DNA from: Dehalococcoidales bacterium
Lineage (GTDB): Bacteria; Chloroflexota; Dehalococcoidia; Dehalococcoidales; UBA2162
Reading direction: 5' to 3'
DNA length: 64,000 bases
Assembly: GCA_034416335.1 (NCBI GenBank)
Contig: DAOULV010000019.1
Span: 7,765 to 71,764 of the forward strand
In this document: positions 1 through 9,637 of the stretch, piece by piece
How the letters are laid out: each line of letters opens with the position of its first letter
Numbering within the stretch: the first letter of the stretch is position 1
The notes under the pieces: model-generated
What the model was told of the DNA's origin: nothing
The model's database searches: none
What the model saw: only the letters and a program-made list of their open reading frames with translations
Translations under genes and position numbers: made by a program

Positions 1-1
1 T

Positions 2-376
2 GAACGCGGTGATATAATCGTCTTCCATCCTCCTCCGGAAATCGACGAAGACGATTATATCAAACGTATTATCGGACTGCCGGGTGAAAAAGTTGTTCTT
101 CACAACGGTAAGGTCGCCATTCATAAAGCTGACGGTTCATTAATCGAGCTCGACGAACCTTACGTTACCAGACCATCCATGAAAGATTATGAAGGGAATA
201 TAATACCGGAAGGTGAATACTTCGTGATGGGTGACAATCGGGTTAACAGCAGCGATTCAAGAACCGGCTGGACTCTCAGGGAAGAAGATATTATCGGCAA
301 AGCCTGGTTGTCTATCTGGCCCCCCGAAGACTGGGGAGTCATCGCCGACAACGAATACGAGCAGGAAAAAGGGTAA
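2..376 (+). CDS. lepB: Signal peptidase I, C-terminal part (5' end lies outside the window)
   Basis: Frame 2 is open from nt 2 and reads ERGDIIVFHPP..YIKRIIGLPGEKV..GEYFVMGDNRVNSSDSR, the S26 peptidase boxes. Track ORF 179..376 is the tail of this frame. Confidence 0.9.
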   Translation, partial: ERGDIIVFHPPPEIDEDDYIKRIIGLPGEKVVLHNGKVAIHKADGSLIELDEPYVTRPSMKDYEGNIIPEGEYFVMGDNRVNSSDSRTGWTLREEDIIGKAWLSIWPPEDWGVIADNEYEQEKG

Positions 377-392
377 CACCGCGGTGTTACCC
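371..392. terminator. Perfect 22-nt palindrome between convergent genes, likely a bidirectional terminator
   Basis: gggtaacaccg/cggtgttaccc overlaps the lepB stop codon. It is flanked by an A-run upstream and a T-rich stretch downstream. Confidence 0.5.
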
Positions 393-432
393 TTAATGTA
401 TTTATCAATTGAATTCCTGTCAGGTATACCGT

Positions 433-1446
433 TTATTCTTCCTTCTTCAAAGGTTTTTTAGGAACCACACCTCTGTTGATTACGTTTCGAGGCCAGTACC
501 CTTTCAGTACTCTGGCTACTTCACGCGCCGGGTTAAGCGGCTGGGTATCCAGGGCAGTATCCGAATATGAAGCCGAATGGGGGATCGCTATAACATTATC
601 CATTTTTAATAGTGGATTATCCGGGTCTATGGGTTCTTTCTCGAATACATCCAGCCCGGCACCGGCAATCCGCTTCTCCTGGAGTGCCTTTATCAGGTAT
701 TTTTCATCCGTCACCGGACCGCGGGCAGTATTGATATAATAGGCAGTCGGTTTCATCAGGCTGAATTCCTTTTCGCTGACCAGGTGACGGGTTTCATCTG
801 TCAGCGGAGTATGAACGGATATATAGTCGGAATTTTTCATCACCGCCGACAGGTCTGCCAGTTCGATGTTATACTCGTCGGCAACCGATTTATCAAGGTA
901 CGGGTCGAACCCGATTACTTTCAGGCCGAAGCACTGGGCTTTCCTGGCCACCATTCGGGCGATTGCCCCGCAGCCTACTAGACCCAGGACTTCATCATTA
1001 ATACCGCCCATCGGCGGCAGCGCCTGTTTGGCCTCAACCCATTTACCCTGCTTGACCAGTGTATCCTGAATAACCAGTTTCTTGGCGCAGGCAAGAATCA
1101 ATGCTATCGCCTGGTTGGAAACCTCTTCCACGCACCATTCGGAGGCGGGATTGTTACAGATAATCAGGTGGTTATCCGTAGCAGCTTCAATGTCAATTCC
1201 GTCGTATCCGACCGAGTAAGTAGCAACCACCTGGCACTTCGGTAAAGCCTCGATAACGCTGCGGTTAAACATGTGGCCGCCCAGAATGGCATCGGCATCC
1301 CTGGCTTTCTCAATAAATTCATTTCTATCGGTAATTCTCAGTTCTGTAATTTCCACGTCCACACCGGCTTTCTTAAATTCACCGATCTCGGGATCCACCG
1401 AACCGGGTTTGAGTTTAGCGAATCCAACAACTTTATACTCTGCCAT
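433..1446 (-). CDS. D-isomer-specific 2-hydroxyacid dehydrogenase family protein (NAD-binding)
   Basis: 337 aa. It has the GLVGCGAIARMVA Rossmann motif and C-terminal DVFEKEP..NVIAIPHSA, typical of the PGDH/CtBP-like family. Confidence 0.85.
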   Translation of the reverse strand: MAEYKVVGFAKLKPGSVDPEIGEFKKAGVDVEITELRITDRNEFIEKARDADAILGGHMFNRSVIEALPKCQVVATYSVGYDGIDIEAATDNHLIICNNPASEWCVEEVSNQAIALILACAKKLVIQDTLVKQGKWVEAKQALPPMGGINDEVLGLVGCGAIARMVARKAQCFGLKVIGFDPYLDKSVADEYNIELADLSAVMKNSDYISVHTPLTDETRHLVSEKEFSLMKPTAYYINTARGPVTDEKYLIKALQEKRIAGAGLDVFEKEPIDPDNPLLKMDNVIAIPHSASYSDTALDTQPLNPAREVARVLKGYWPRNVINRGVVPKKPLKKEE

Positions 1447-1474
1447 CGAAATACCTCCTTTAAGACTTTTTTAG

Positions 1475-2518
1475 CTACAGATCGTATTCCACGCCCATCT
1501 CGCCGGCTATTTCCTCGAGTGATTTGATAACAGCCGGATGCAGCGGAATGCCCTCCGCTTTCCTCTTTTTCTCTATTTCCTGTTCAACCTCGCCCGACAC
1601 ATATATCCTCTCGATACCCGGAGCTTTCGGCAGCGCCCGGTATTCCTGTATCATACCATCCATTGCATTCTTGAATTTGTCGGCAGGCATGAATCCGTCG
1701 ATTTTCAATGCTCCGAAGAAATGGCTGCCGCCGAACTGCTGGTCAGGCAGCGCACCGGAAAGAATCCGGCACAGGATATCCACGGCTACCGCCAGGCCAA
1801 ATCCCTTGTAACTTCCGGTCTGAGGACTGCCGCCGATGGGAAGCAGAGCGCCTTCCTCGTAGAATTTCTTCGGATCCGTTATCGGTTTACCTTCTCTATC
1901 CACTGCCCAGCCTTCAGGCAACGGCTTCCCTTCCCGCGCCGCGATTTCTACCTTACCGGCAGCCACCACGGTAGTTGCCATGTCCAGAACGAAAGGAGCT
2001 TCCCGGTTCGATGGTGCGGCTACGCTTAACACGTTGATAGTTACATCCTGGCCTACAGCACCGGGTGCGACCATTCCCTTTCCGCCAATCGTCATCGAGA
2101 TGCCTATCATATCCATCGGCAGCGCCATCATTGCATAATTGCCGCCGGCGCCGAAGTGGGAGGAGTTACGCACGCTGACGAAACCGGCGCCGGTTTCACC
2201 TGCTCTCCGTATCGCTTCCGACATCGCCCGGTGACCTACCACCAGGCCGAATCCGCGATCGCCGTCCATAATCGCCGTAGCTGCGGCGTTACTGATGATT
2301 TCAGTCTTCGGATTAGGATTGATCCGTCCCGCTTTCAGGCCCCTGGCATACATTGCCAGGTGACCGACACCGTGTGAATCGATGCCGCGCAGGTCGGTAG
2401 CCACCAGTATCCTGGCAGCTATACCGGCGTCATCTTTCGGAAGACCTGCTTTACAGAGAATCCTGATGGTAAAATCTGTCAGCTTTTCGGGATTTATACC
2501 TTTTCTTCCTGAAGTCAT
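1475..2518 (-). CDS. Ldh_2 family oxidoreductase (malate/L-lactate/sulfolactate dehydrogenase type 2)
   Basis: 347 aa. It has GIDSHGVGHL and NSSHFGAGGNYA motifs characteristic of the Ldh_2 family. Confidence 0.8.
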   Translation of the reverse strand: MTSGRKGINPEKLTDFTIRILCKAGLPKDDAGIAARILVATDLRGIDSHGVGHLAMYARGLKAGRINPNPKTEIISNAAATAIMDGDRGFGLVVGHRAMSEAIRRAGETGAGFVSVRNSSHFGAGGNYAMMALPMDMIGISMTIGGKGMVAPGAVGQDVTINVLSVAAPSNREAPFVLDMATTVVAAGKVEIAAREGKPLPEGWAVDREGKPITDPKKFYEEGALLPIGGSPQTGSYKGFGLAVAVDILCRILSGALPDQQFGGSHFFGALKIDGFMPADKFKNAMDGMIQEYRALPKAPGIERIYVSGEVEQEIEKKRKAEGIPLHPAVIKSLEEIAGEMGVEYDL

Positions 2519-2793
2519 AAGCCCTCCCTGACTGCCGGATTGGTGAAGAAAAGAGGTTTTACGGCACTGAATATCATCGGAACACCGTGTCTGGAGTATA
2601 CTAAAACAGACCCGCTATTTCAACTATTCGGAAGTATTATATCTGTATGAATATCGATATTGTTCGCCACCTCTTTTGCCTTTCATCCAGTATACGAGCA
2701 ACGCAAAAAAGGAATGCAGGAAACGAAAGAAGATGAGATAAATACTGATACAGGAGACACTGATAATAGTGGCGGATTCGTTTTGCCCGAGTG

Positions 2794-4761
2794 TTAACTC
2801 TGAACCACGTCCGGTTCAACGGGACCTGTTTCAAACTGGCTGTTATAAAGTGAAGCATAGAAACCTTCGGCAGCCAGTAAATCATTGTGATTACCCTGTT
2901 CGACGATATCTCCGTCTCTCATCACGAAGATAATATCGGCATCACGGATTGTGGACAATCGATGAGCAATAACGAAACTGGTGCGCCCTTTCATAAGGTC
3001 TTCCATGGCTTTTTGTATCAGGACCTCGGTCCTGGTATCCACCGAACTGGTTGCTTCGTCCAGTATCAGTATCCTGGGATCGGCGAGAAATGCCCGTGCA
3101 ATTGTCAGAAGCTGTTTCTGCCCTTCCGAGATGTTGCTGGTTTCTTCGTTAATTTCCATATCGTAACCGTGCGGCAGCGTCCGTATAAAGTGGTCGGCGT
3201 TCGCCAGCCTTGCCGCTTCGATTACCTGATCATCGGTCGCTTCGAGGTTGCCGTATCTGATATTCTCCCGGATAGTACCGTTGAAAAGCCAGGTATCCTG
3301 CAGTACCATCCCGAACATATCCCGCAATTCCTGTCGCCTGAGTCGTTTGATATCTATCCCGTCGACTGATATTACTCCCGAATCTATATCATAGAAACGC
3401 ATCAAAAGTTTTACGATGGTCGTTTTACCGGCGCCGGTAGGTCCGACGATAGCCACTTTCTGGCCCGGATTAACTTCGGCAGAGAAATTATGAATGATAA
3501 CTTCTTCCGGGTCATAGCCGAAACGGACATTCTCGAACGAAACGTTTCCATTGACTGCTGCTAACTTAACCGCATCGGCGGTATCCGGGATTTCTTCTTC
3601 TTCCTCGAGGAATTCGAATACCCGTTCGGCTGCGGCAGCCGTCGCCTGTAATATGTTGGCGATATTCGCCACCTGAGCAATTGGCTGGGTAAAATTCCTG
3701 ACGTACGCGATAAATGCCAGTATATCACCGACTCCGATCGTACCCCGTACCGCCAGGTATCCGCCGAGAATGCTTACCACAACATAGGACAGATTTCCTA
3801 TGAAGGTCATAATCGGCATCATCATTCCCGAGAGGAACTGTGATTTCCACCCGGCTTTGTAGAGTTCATCGTTCAGGTGGTCGAATTTACTGATAGATTT
3901 CTCTTCACCATTAAACGCCTTCATTATGATGTGGCCGCCGTACATCTCCTCTACATGCCCGTTTACATGTCCCAGGTATGCCTGCTGGCTTCGGAAATAA
4001 CGCTGGGATTTTCTGACCACAATACTCACCAGTCCCGCTGAAAGGGGAAGGATTACCAGGGCGACCAGAGTCATCAGCCAGCTTATCGTCAGCATCATGA
4101 CGAGGATTCCGACGATTGTCGTTACCGAGGTAACTATCTGAGTCATATTCTGTGTCAACGTCATACTGACCGTATCCACATCATTGGCTACACGACTCTG
4201 TACTTCGCCGTGAGTTTTGGTATCGAAATATTTCAGGGGCAGCCGTTTTATCTTTTCGGCAATATTTCTCCGGAACATATATGTTATCTTCATGGCGATG
4301 CCGGACATTATCCAGCCCTGAATGTAATTAAAGATGGCACTGGCTACATAGAGACCGACCAGTAAAACGGCAATACGACCGATATACTCGAAATCTATTG
4401 CCGCCCCGGGAACGTGCATTGCCTTGGCAACAACACCCTCGAACAACCTGGTAGTAGCGTTTCCAAGTAATTTCGGCCCGATAATAGCAAAGACGGTGCT
4501 GGCAATAGCGAACAGGAGTACTATAGCCAGTGAAAAACGGTACGGTTTTAAATATTTCAGCAGGGTCCTGAAGGTGTTCTTGAAACTCTTTGGTTTGTCA
4601 CCGGACATCATCCCGGCAGCCATCGGGCCTCCGCCCATCGGCCCACCGCCCATAGGTCTTCCACCCATCGAACCGCCGCCGGGTCCACGCATCGGCATGG
4701 AACCCGTCGACCCCTCGCGTGGAGGACTGCCGCCCATCGGTCCGTTACCTCTCTGCATCAT
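2794..4761 (-). CDS. ABC exporter, fused permease/ATPase subunit, with a Gly/Pro/Met-rich N-terminal extension
   Basis: 655 aa. It has six TM segments, Walker A GPTGAGKTT, signature SEGQKQ and Walker B ILILDEATS. Its start overlaps the upstream stop as ATGA. Confidence 0.9.
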   Translation of the reverse strand: MMQRGNGPMGGSPPREGSTGSMPMRGPGGGSMGGRPMGGGPMGGGPMAAGMMSGDKPKSFKNTFRTLLKYLKPYRFSLAIVLLFAIASTVFAIIGPKLLGNATTRLFEGVVAKAMHVPGAAIDFEYIGRIAVLLVGLYVASAIFNYIQGWIMSGIAMKITYMFRRNIAEKIKRLPLKYFDTKTHGEVQSRVANDVDTVSMTLTQNMTQIVTSVTTIVGILVMMLTISWLMTLVALVILPLSAGLVSIVVRKSQRYFRSQQAYLGHVNGHVEEMYGGHIIMKAFNGEEKSISKFDHLNDELYKAGWKSQFLSGMMMPIMTFIGNLSYVVVSILGGYLAVRGTIGVGDILAFIAYVRNFTQPIAQVANIANILQATAAAAERVFEFLEEEEEIPDTADAVKLAAVNGNVSFENVRFGYDPEEVIIHNFSAEVNPGQKVAIVGPTGAGKTTIVKLLMRFYDIDSGVISVDGIDIKRLRRQELRDMFGMVLQDTWLFNGTIRENIRYGNLEATDDQVIEAARLANADHFIRTLPHGYDMEINEETSNISEGQKQLLTIARAFLADPRILILDEATSSVDTRTEVLIQKAMEDLMKGRTSFVIAHRLSTIRDADIIFVMRDGDIVEQGNHNDLLAAEGFYASLYNSQFETGPVEPDVVQS

Positions 4762-6983
4762 AGAGATAACTCCTCCACGGAAAGCTGTGACAGCGCAATC
4801 TCCTGGTAAACGCTGCAGTTCTCCAGCAGTTCCCTGTGCGTACCGATACCCGCCACCACCCCGTTATCAAGCACCATAATCTGGTCAGCACCCATGATGG
4901 TACTGACCCGCTGTGTAACGATTAGAACGGTCGCGTCACCGGTTTCTTTCCTTAGAGCTCTTCTTACGGCCTTATCGGTCTTATAGTCCAGGGCGGAGAG
5001 ACTGTCATCGAAAATATATATCTCCGGCTTTTTAGCTATGGCACGGGCAATAGCCAGTCGCTGTTTTTGCCCGCCCGAGAGGTTTGTCCCTCCCTGGGCT
5101 ATCGTTACTTTATTACCATTCCCTTTTTCCTTGATAAAGTCTTGTGCCTGGGCGATTTTTATGTATTGAGCCACTTCTTCATCGGTAGCATCTTCATTGG
5201 CATATCTGATATTGCTGTCTATTGTCCCGGAGAACAATACTGCTCTCTGTGACACGTATCCGATTTTCTCCCGGAGGTCATGCTGCGTTACGTCTTTTAC
5301 ATCAATACCGTCAACCATAACCCTGCCGTTGGAAACGTCATAAAAACGTGGTATCAGGTTTACCAGCGTGGACTTGCCGCTGCCCGTACTTCCGATAAAC
5401 GCCGTTGTCTGACCCGGTTTTGCCGTAAAACTGATATTCTTCAGTACGTCATCCTCGGCTCCGGGATAACGGAATGATACGTCCTTAAATTCAACTGTTC
5501 CCCTTGTGCCAGTATCGTATTTCCGCGGTTCCACCGGGTCGTTTACCACCGGTTCGGTTTCGAGTACCTCGCTTACCCTCACGGTAGACACAATCGCCCT
5601 GGGCAGCATCACGAACACGATCGATACCATAAGGAAAGCCATGATAATCTGCATTGCATATTGCATGAATGCCATCATGTCTCCGACCTGCATCGAACCC
5701 ATATCAATCTGATGCGAGCCGACCCACACGATTAGCAGCATAACGCCGTTCATTATCAACATCATGGCCGGCATGAGAAACACCAGGACGCGGTTGATAA
5801 ACAGGCTGGTTTTAGTCAGGTCGATATTCGCCAGGTCGAATCGTTTTTCTTCGTGTTCCTGAGTGTTGAATGCCCGGATAACCATGAGACCGGATAGAAT
5901 CTCGCGCGTCACCAGGTTCAGCTTGTCGACAAGGTTTTGTATCGATTTGAATTTAGGAATGGCAACTGCAACCACTATGATTATCAGTGTCAATACCAGT
6001 CCCACCGCCGCAGCGATAATCCAGAGCATTGATCTATCAGCCCCAATGACCTTTACGACTCCTCCGACACCAAGGATAGGAGCGTAAAATACTATCCTGA
6101 AAAGCATTACCATCAGCATCTGTATCTGCGTGATATCATTCGTCGACCGCGTAATCAGCGAAGCCGTGGAGAATTTATCGAACTCGGCACTCGAGAAGCT
6201 TTCGACTCTCTCGAACAACTGTTTACGCATGTTTCGACCGAGTCCTGCGGCAACTCTGGCTGCTATAAAACCCACCGTTACCGAACATACCGCGCTGCCG
6301 AGAGTGATAAGGAGCATCAGCAAGCCGATCCTCAGCATGTAACCGGTCTGCATTCCCCCGGTATCTACCCCCAGAGCTTCGTACTGGGCTGAAATATAAG
6401 CTGTGGAATACTGTGTCAGCATATCCCCGGGCAGTGAATTAATCTGTGCTTCCGCCGCATCAAGCATTGCCGAAAGTTGTTCGGGCGATAACTCCGATAT
6501 CACCGTGAAAGGGTCTACGCCTTCGGGAATCTGAACGGCACCTCCGGAATATGCGGAAAACCCATTGTTTTCGATGCCGTAAACTATCGGAATGGACTTA
6601 CTAAAGATATTATTTAGTTGCTCAATTTCGGCACTTTTTTCTGTATCAAGTATGTATATCGACGTAGTCTCTAATCCCGGATACGTTTCCAGATATTCCT
6701 TATATTCTTCTTCTGAAAGAGACTGCTTTTCGAGCAGGATATAGTCTGAAATAACCAACGATTTTTCATCTTCACTCATAAAGTAGGTGAGTTTGTTAAA
6801 TTCCTCTGAACTGATAGCCTGCGGTACGGCATTTTCAACGCCGTTCTGCTGAATACCGATATTCACGATATCGGCCATATAGCCCGGCAACGACAGATCA
6901 GCCATTGCCTGGACATAGAGCAGGCCAAATATAATAACTATCCATATCGTAAATGGTTTCAGATGTTTGATAAGTTTAAGCAT
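4758..6983 (-). CDS. ABC exporter, fused permease/ATPase subunit, with a large extracytoplasmic insert after TM1
   Basis: 741 aa. It has Walker A GSTGSGKST, signature LSGGQKQR and Walker B IYIFDDSLS. A soluble insert of about 190 aa sits between TM1 and TM2. Confidence 0.9.
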   Translation of the reverse strand: MLKLIKHLKPFTIWIVIIFGLLYVQAMADLSLPGYMADIVNIGIQQNGVENAVPQAISSEEFNKLTYFMSEDEKSLVISDYILLEKQSLSEEEYKEYLETYPGLETTSIYILDTEKSAEIEQLNNIFSKSIPIVYGIENNGFSAYSGGAVQIPEGVDPFTVISELSPEQLSAMLDAAEAQINSLPGDMLTQYSTAYISAQYEALGVDTGGMQTGYMLRIGLLMLLITLGSAVCSVTVGFIAARVAAGLGRNMRKQLFERVESFSSAEFDKFSTASLITRSTNDITQIQMLMVMLFRIVFYAPILGVGGVVKVIGADRSMLWIIAAAVGLVLTLIIIVVAVAIPKFKSIQNLVDKLNLVTREILSGLMVIRAFNTQEHEEKRFDLANIDLTKTSLFINRVLVFLMPAMMLIMNGVMLLIVWVGSHQIDMGSMQVGDMMAFMQYAMQIIMAFLMVSIVFVMLPRAIVSTVRVSEVLETEPVVNDPVEPRKYDTGTRGTVEFKDVSFRYPGAEDDVLKNISFTAKPGQTTAFIGSTGSGKSTLVNLIPRFYDVSNGRVMVDGIDVKDVTQHDLREKIGYVSQRAVLFSGTIDSNIRYANEDATDEEVAQYIKIAQAQDFIKEKGNGNKVTIAQGGTNLSGGQKQRLAIARAIAKKPEIYIFDDSLSALDYKTDKAVRRALRKETGDATVLIVTQRVSTIMGADQIMVLDNGVVAGIGTHRELLENCSVYQEIALSQLSVEELSL

Positions 6984-7068
6984 CTATCAATATGTATCCC
7001 TTGCATCCGCACGCGCACACACGCGACGGCAGAAAAAACTATGATTGATTTCCGGTGCTGTCTTCAGG

Positions 7069-7506
7069 TTAAAGTTTCTCGCCTATCTCTCTGAGTGTTT
7101 CCAGTGCATCCGACATGTCTGAAAGTTCTTCCGGTGTCAGACATGATAGTTTCTCTTTAATGTTCTGTTTTACTTTGTTTCTTACGTCTTCCAGTAAAGT
7201 GCCACCGTATTTCGTCAGTACTATATTGATAACTCGCCTGTCTTTTTCATCAGGGTGCCTTTCCACCACCCCCAGCTCGACCAGTTTATCGATCAGGGAC
7301 GTTATCTGCGACTTGCTTATCGACGTTATCCTGGCAATCTCGGAAACCGTCATACTCTGATGGCTGACTATCTCCATGATTGAGAAATGAAGGCGGGTAA
7401 GATCGCCGGTAACACCCCCGAGGTCCATCCTGAGTAAATTCCTGTGAAAAACAGGAAGAACCTTCGCCATACTGCTTAAAATATTGTCTATACTTCCGTT
7501 TTCCAT
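7069..7506 (-). CDS. MarR family transcriptional regulator
   Basis: 145 aa. A winged-HTH core (MTVSEIARITSISKSQITSLIDKLVELGVVERHPDEKDRR) lies directly upstream of the ABC pair on the same strand. Confidence 0.85.
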   Translation of the reverse strand: MENGSIDNILSSMAKVLPVFHRNLLRMDLGGVTGDLTRLHFSIMEIVSHQSMTVSEIARITSISKSQITSLIDKLVELGVVERHPDEKDRRVINIVLTKYGGTLLEDVRNKVKQNIKEKLSCLTPEELSDMSDALETLREIGEKL

Positions 7507-7554
7507 CTTCAGTCCTGGACCTGAAATCGGTACCGATTATAATATATCATTGAC

Positions 7555-7605
7555 TGAACTGTTCACTTAATGAACTATTATAACCCATCAGGCATTAATA
7601 ATCAA
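7555..7605 (-). promoter_or_regulatory. Putative promoter (TTGATT-17-TATAAT) with an adjacent repeat/palindrome operator for the marR-ABC operon
   Basis: On the minus strand, -35 is at 7605..7600 and -10 at 7582..7577. TGAACT-GTTCACTTAA-TGAACT at 7555..7576 contains GTTCA/TGAAC inverted arms. Confidence 0.4.
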
Positions 7606-7664
7606 CACTTTGTATTGTGGTAAATAAAAAAGTTACCATTCGGTTCTGATTGTGATTTTCGGTT

Positions 7665-7729
7665 CACCCCCTTAATCCCCCTCAAACAGTTGCCGTATTC
7701 AGCAGAAGTATTCCGATCGTTTGATGGGG
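7665..7729 (+). repeat. 65-bp hairpin repeat (family R3), copy 1
   Basis: Its reverse complement matches 25569..25633 at 60/65 positions (hand alignment). Internal arms are CCCCCTCAAAC / GTTTGATGGGG. Confidence 0.7.
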
Positions 7730-7770
7730 AAAGAGTTTGAGAGAGGGGCTTCGCCCCTCTCTCTTATTTA

Positions 7771-7848
7771 CTCCCCTTTCTGGCCAGGAAAGTCGTTCGG
7801 TCACCATCAATGGTGCTGGCCGGAAAGGGGGCAGGGGGTAAGGTGAGG
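7771..7848 (-). repeat. CCCCT-rich hairpin repeat (family R2), minus orientation
   Basis: The reverse complement reads CCTCACCTTACCCCCTGCCCCCTTTCCGGCCAGCACCATTGAT...CTGGCCAGAAAGGGGAG. This is the same architecture as 11399..11482. Confidence 0.5.
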
Positions 7849-7991
7849 ATAAACAACCAGATGTAAACGGAATTGATAAAATGTCGGTTGATAATAATTA
7901 CAGCGTTCAGTTTATTAACTGTTTCTCTCTGTTTCCTGTCACATCGTACGATACTTAACATTTTACCTTCTCCTATGTATACTTTAGCCAT

Positions 7992-9353
7992 ATGAATGAG
8001 TCCGGAATTGTTAAGAACAGGGACGAACTGGCAACCAGTGAGGAGCGAATACTCGCTCTGGACATCATCGAAGCCGGGATATCCCGCGTTCTTCCGTCAA
8101 ACATTATGAAATCGGCGGTAAGATACGATAAAAACACCGGTACCCTGACGATAAACCGTGATTCATATTCTCTTTCTGGAGGAAAGATATTCGTTATCGG
8201 CGGCGGCAAGGCCTCCAGACAGATGGCTGAAACCCTGGAGACTATAATCCCGCCGGGAAAAATCACCGCCGGTGTTGTCAACTGCAAGACCAACAGCAGC
8301 GTTTTCGATACTCAAAAAATCGAACCTATCGAAGCCGGACATCCCGTGCCGGACAGCCGCGGGATGAGTGGTGTGCGGAAAATGCTTGCTCTCAAGGAAA
8401 CTTACGACATCAGTGAAGGCGACCTGGTAATCTGTCTGATTTCAGGTGGAGGTTCGGCTCTTATGCCCTGCCCTGTCGATGGAGTAACACTTGAAGACAA
8501 GCAGGCAGTTACCTCCCTGCTGCTTGAATGCGGAGCCGATATCCACGAGATAAACACGGTCCGTAAGCACCTTTCAAAGACCAAGGGCGGCGGTCTGGGG
8601 AAATACTTCGAACCTGCAACGGTCGTCTCCCTTATTATCTCCGATGTTACGGGAAACGACCTGGATGTAATAGCGTCTGGACCGACTGCACCGGACCTGT
8701 CTACGTTCGACGAAGCGTTCGTAGTACTTGAAAAATATAAGCTGGTATCGAGGACTCCGCCGGGTGTCCTGGACTACCTGGAACGGGGCAGGCAGAGCAA
8801 AGTTCCGGAAACGCCGAAAACGCTGGTTAATTGCCGGAATTACATCATAGGCAACAACAGGCTCGCACTCGAAGCGATGGAAGGAAAAGCAAAAGAACTC
8901 GGCCTTAAGTCACATATCGTCACTTCGGAACAGAAAGGAAATACCGCTGCCACGGCGCAGCTCAGGACGGAAGAAATCATCGAAGGGAAATATGCCGGCT
9001 ACGACGTAATAATACTCGGCGGTGAAACAACTCCCGCATTACCGGAAAATCACGGTAAGGGCGGCAGAAATCAGCACTATGCCGCGGTATCGATGCAGGC
9101 TATGAAGGACTACTCCGGTGAGTGGACGCTTGCCAGCGTCGGCAGCGACGGTTCGGATTACCTGCCTGACGCAGCCGGGGCTATCGTAGACAACCATTCG
9201 CTGGAGAACGCTGTAAATAAAGGGATCGACGTACCCCGATACATAGACAGGTTCGACAGCAACACCCTGTTTTCAGAAACGGGAAACTCTCTTATCGTTA
9301 CCGGCAGCACCGGCACCAATGTAGGCGATGTCATCGTCTATATACTGAAATAA
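7992..9353 (+). CDS. Glycerate 2-kinase / hydroxypyruvate reductase-like protein (DUF4147 + MOFRL family)
   Basis: 453 aa. Motifs are VIGGGKAS, LISGGGSAL and ILGGETTP..GKGGRNQHYA, typical of MOFRL glycerate kinases. Confidence 0.8.
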   Translation: MNESGIVKNRDELATSEERILALDIIEAGISRVLPSNIMKSAVRYDKNTGTLTINRDSYSLSGGKIFVIGGGKASRQMAETLETIIPPGKITAGVVNCKTNSSVFDTQKIEPIEAGHPVPDSRGMSGVRKMLALKETYDISEGDLVICLISGGGSALMPCPVDGVTLEDKQAVTSLLLECGADIHEINTVRKHLSKTKGGGLGKYFEPATVVSLIISDVTGNDLDVIASGPTAPDLSTFDEAFVVLEKYKLVSRTPPGVLDYLERGRQSKVPETPKTLVNCRNYIIGNNRLALEAMEGKAKELGLKSHIVTSEQKGNTAATAQLRTEEIIEGKYAGYDVIILGGETTPALPENHGKGGRNQHYAAVSMQAMKDYSGEWTLASVGSDGSDYLPDAAGAIVDNHSLENAVNKGIDVPRYIDRFDSNTLFSETGNSLIVTGSTGTNVGDVIVYILK

Positions 9354-9362
9354 ACGTACACT

Positions 9363-9448
9363 GTCACTGCGAGCCCCGATTTCATCGGGACGTGGCATTC
9401 TTTTTTTGGACACACGGATTGCTTCGTCATTTCACTCCTCGCAATGAC
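9363..9448. repeat. GTCATTGCGAG-type palindromic element (family R1), short copy
   Basis: GTCACTGCGAG ... CTCGCAATGAC termini enclose the hairpin CCCGATTTCATCGGG and GGATTGCTTCG. Confidence 0.7.
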
Positions 9449-9496
9449 ACATATCTTTAGTCATCCAGCACCCATCCTGTTATTCCCATAACCCTT

Positions 9497-9524
9497 CTGT
9501 CATTCCAGCGAAGGCCGGAATCCA
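9497..9524 (+). repeat. Short hairpin repeat CTGTCATYCC..GGRATCCA (family R4)
   Basis: The sequence is ctgtcattccagcgaaggccggaatcca. Related copies are at 19530..19559 and, reversed, at 16358..16385. Confidence 0.6.
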
Positions 9525-9637
9525 TCACCCGGCACACTGAACATCCCGGTAGTCGGTACTAACCCGAACTATGAAATACGGAAAATAATAGTCCGTGCCT
9601 GAACAGGCACGGACTAGATATAAACAATAATTCTATC

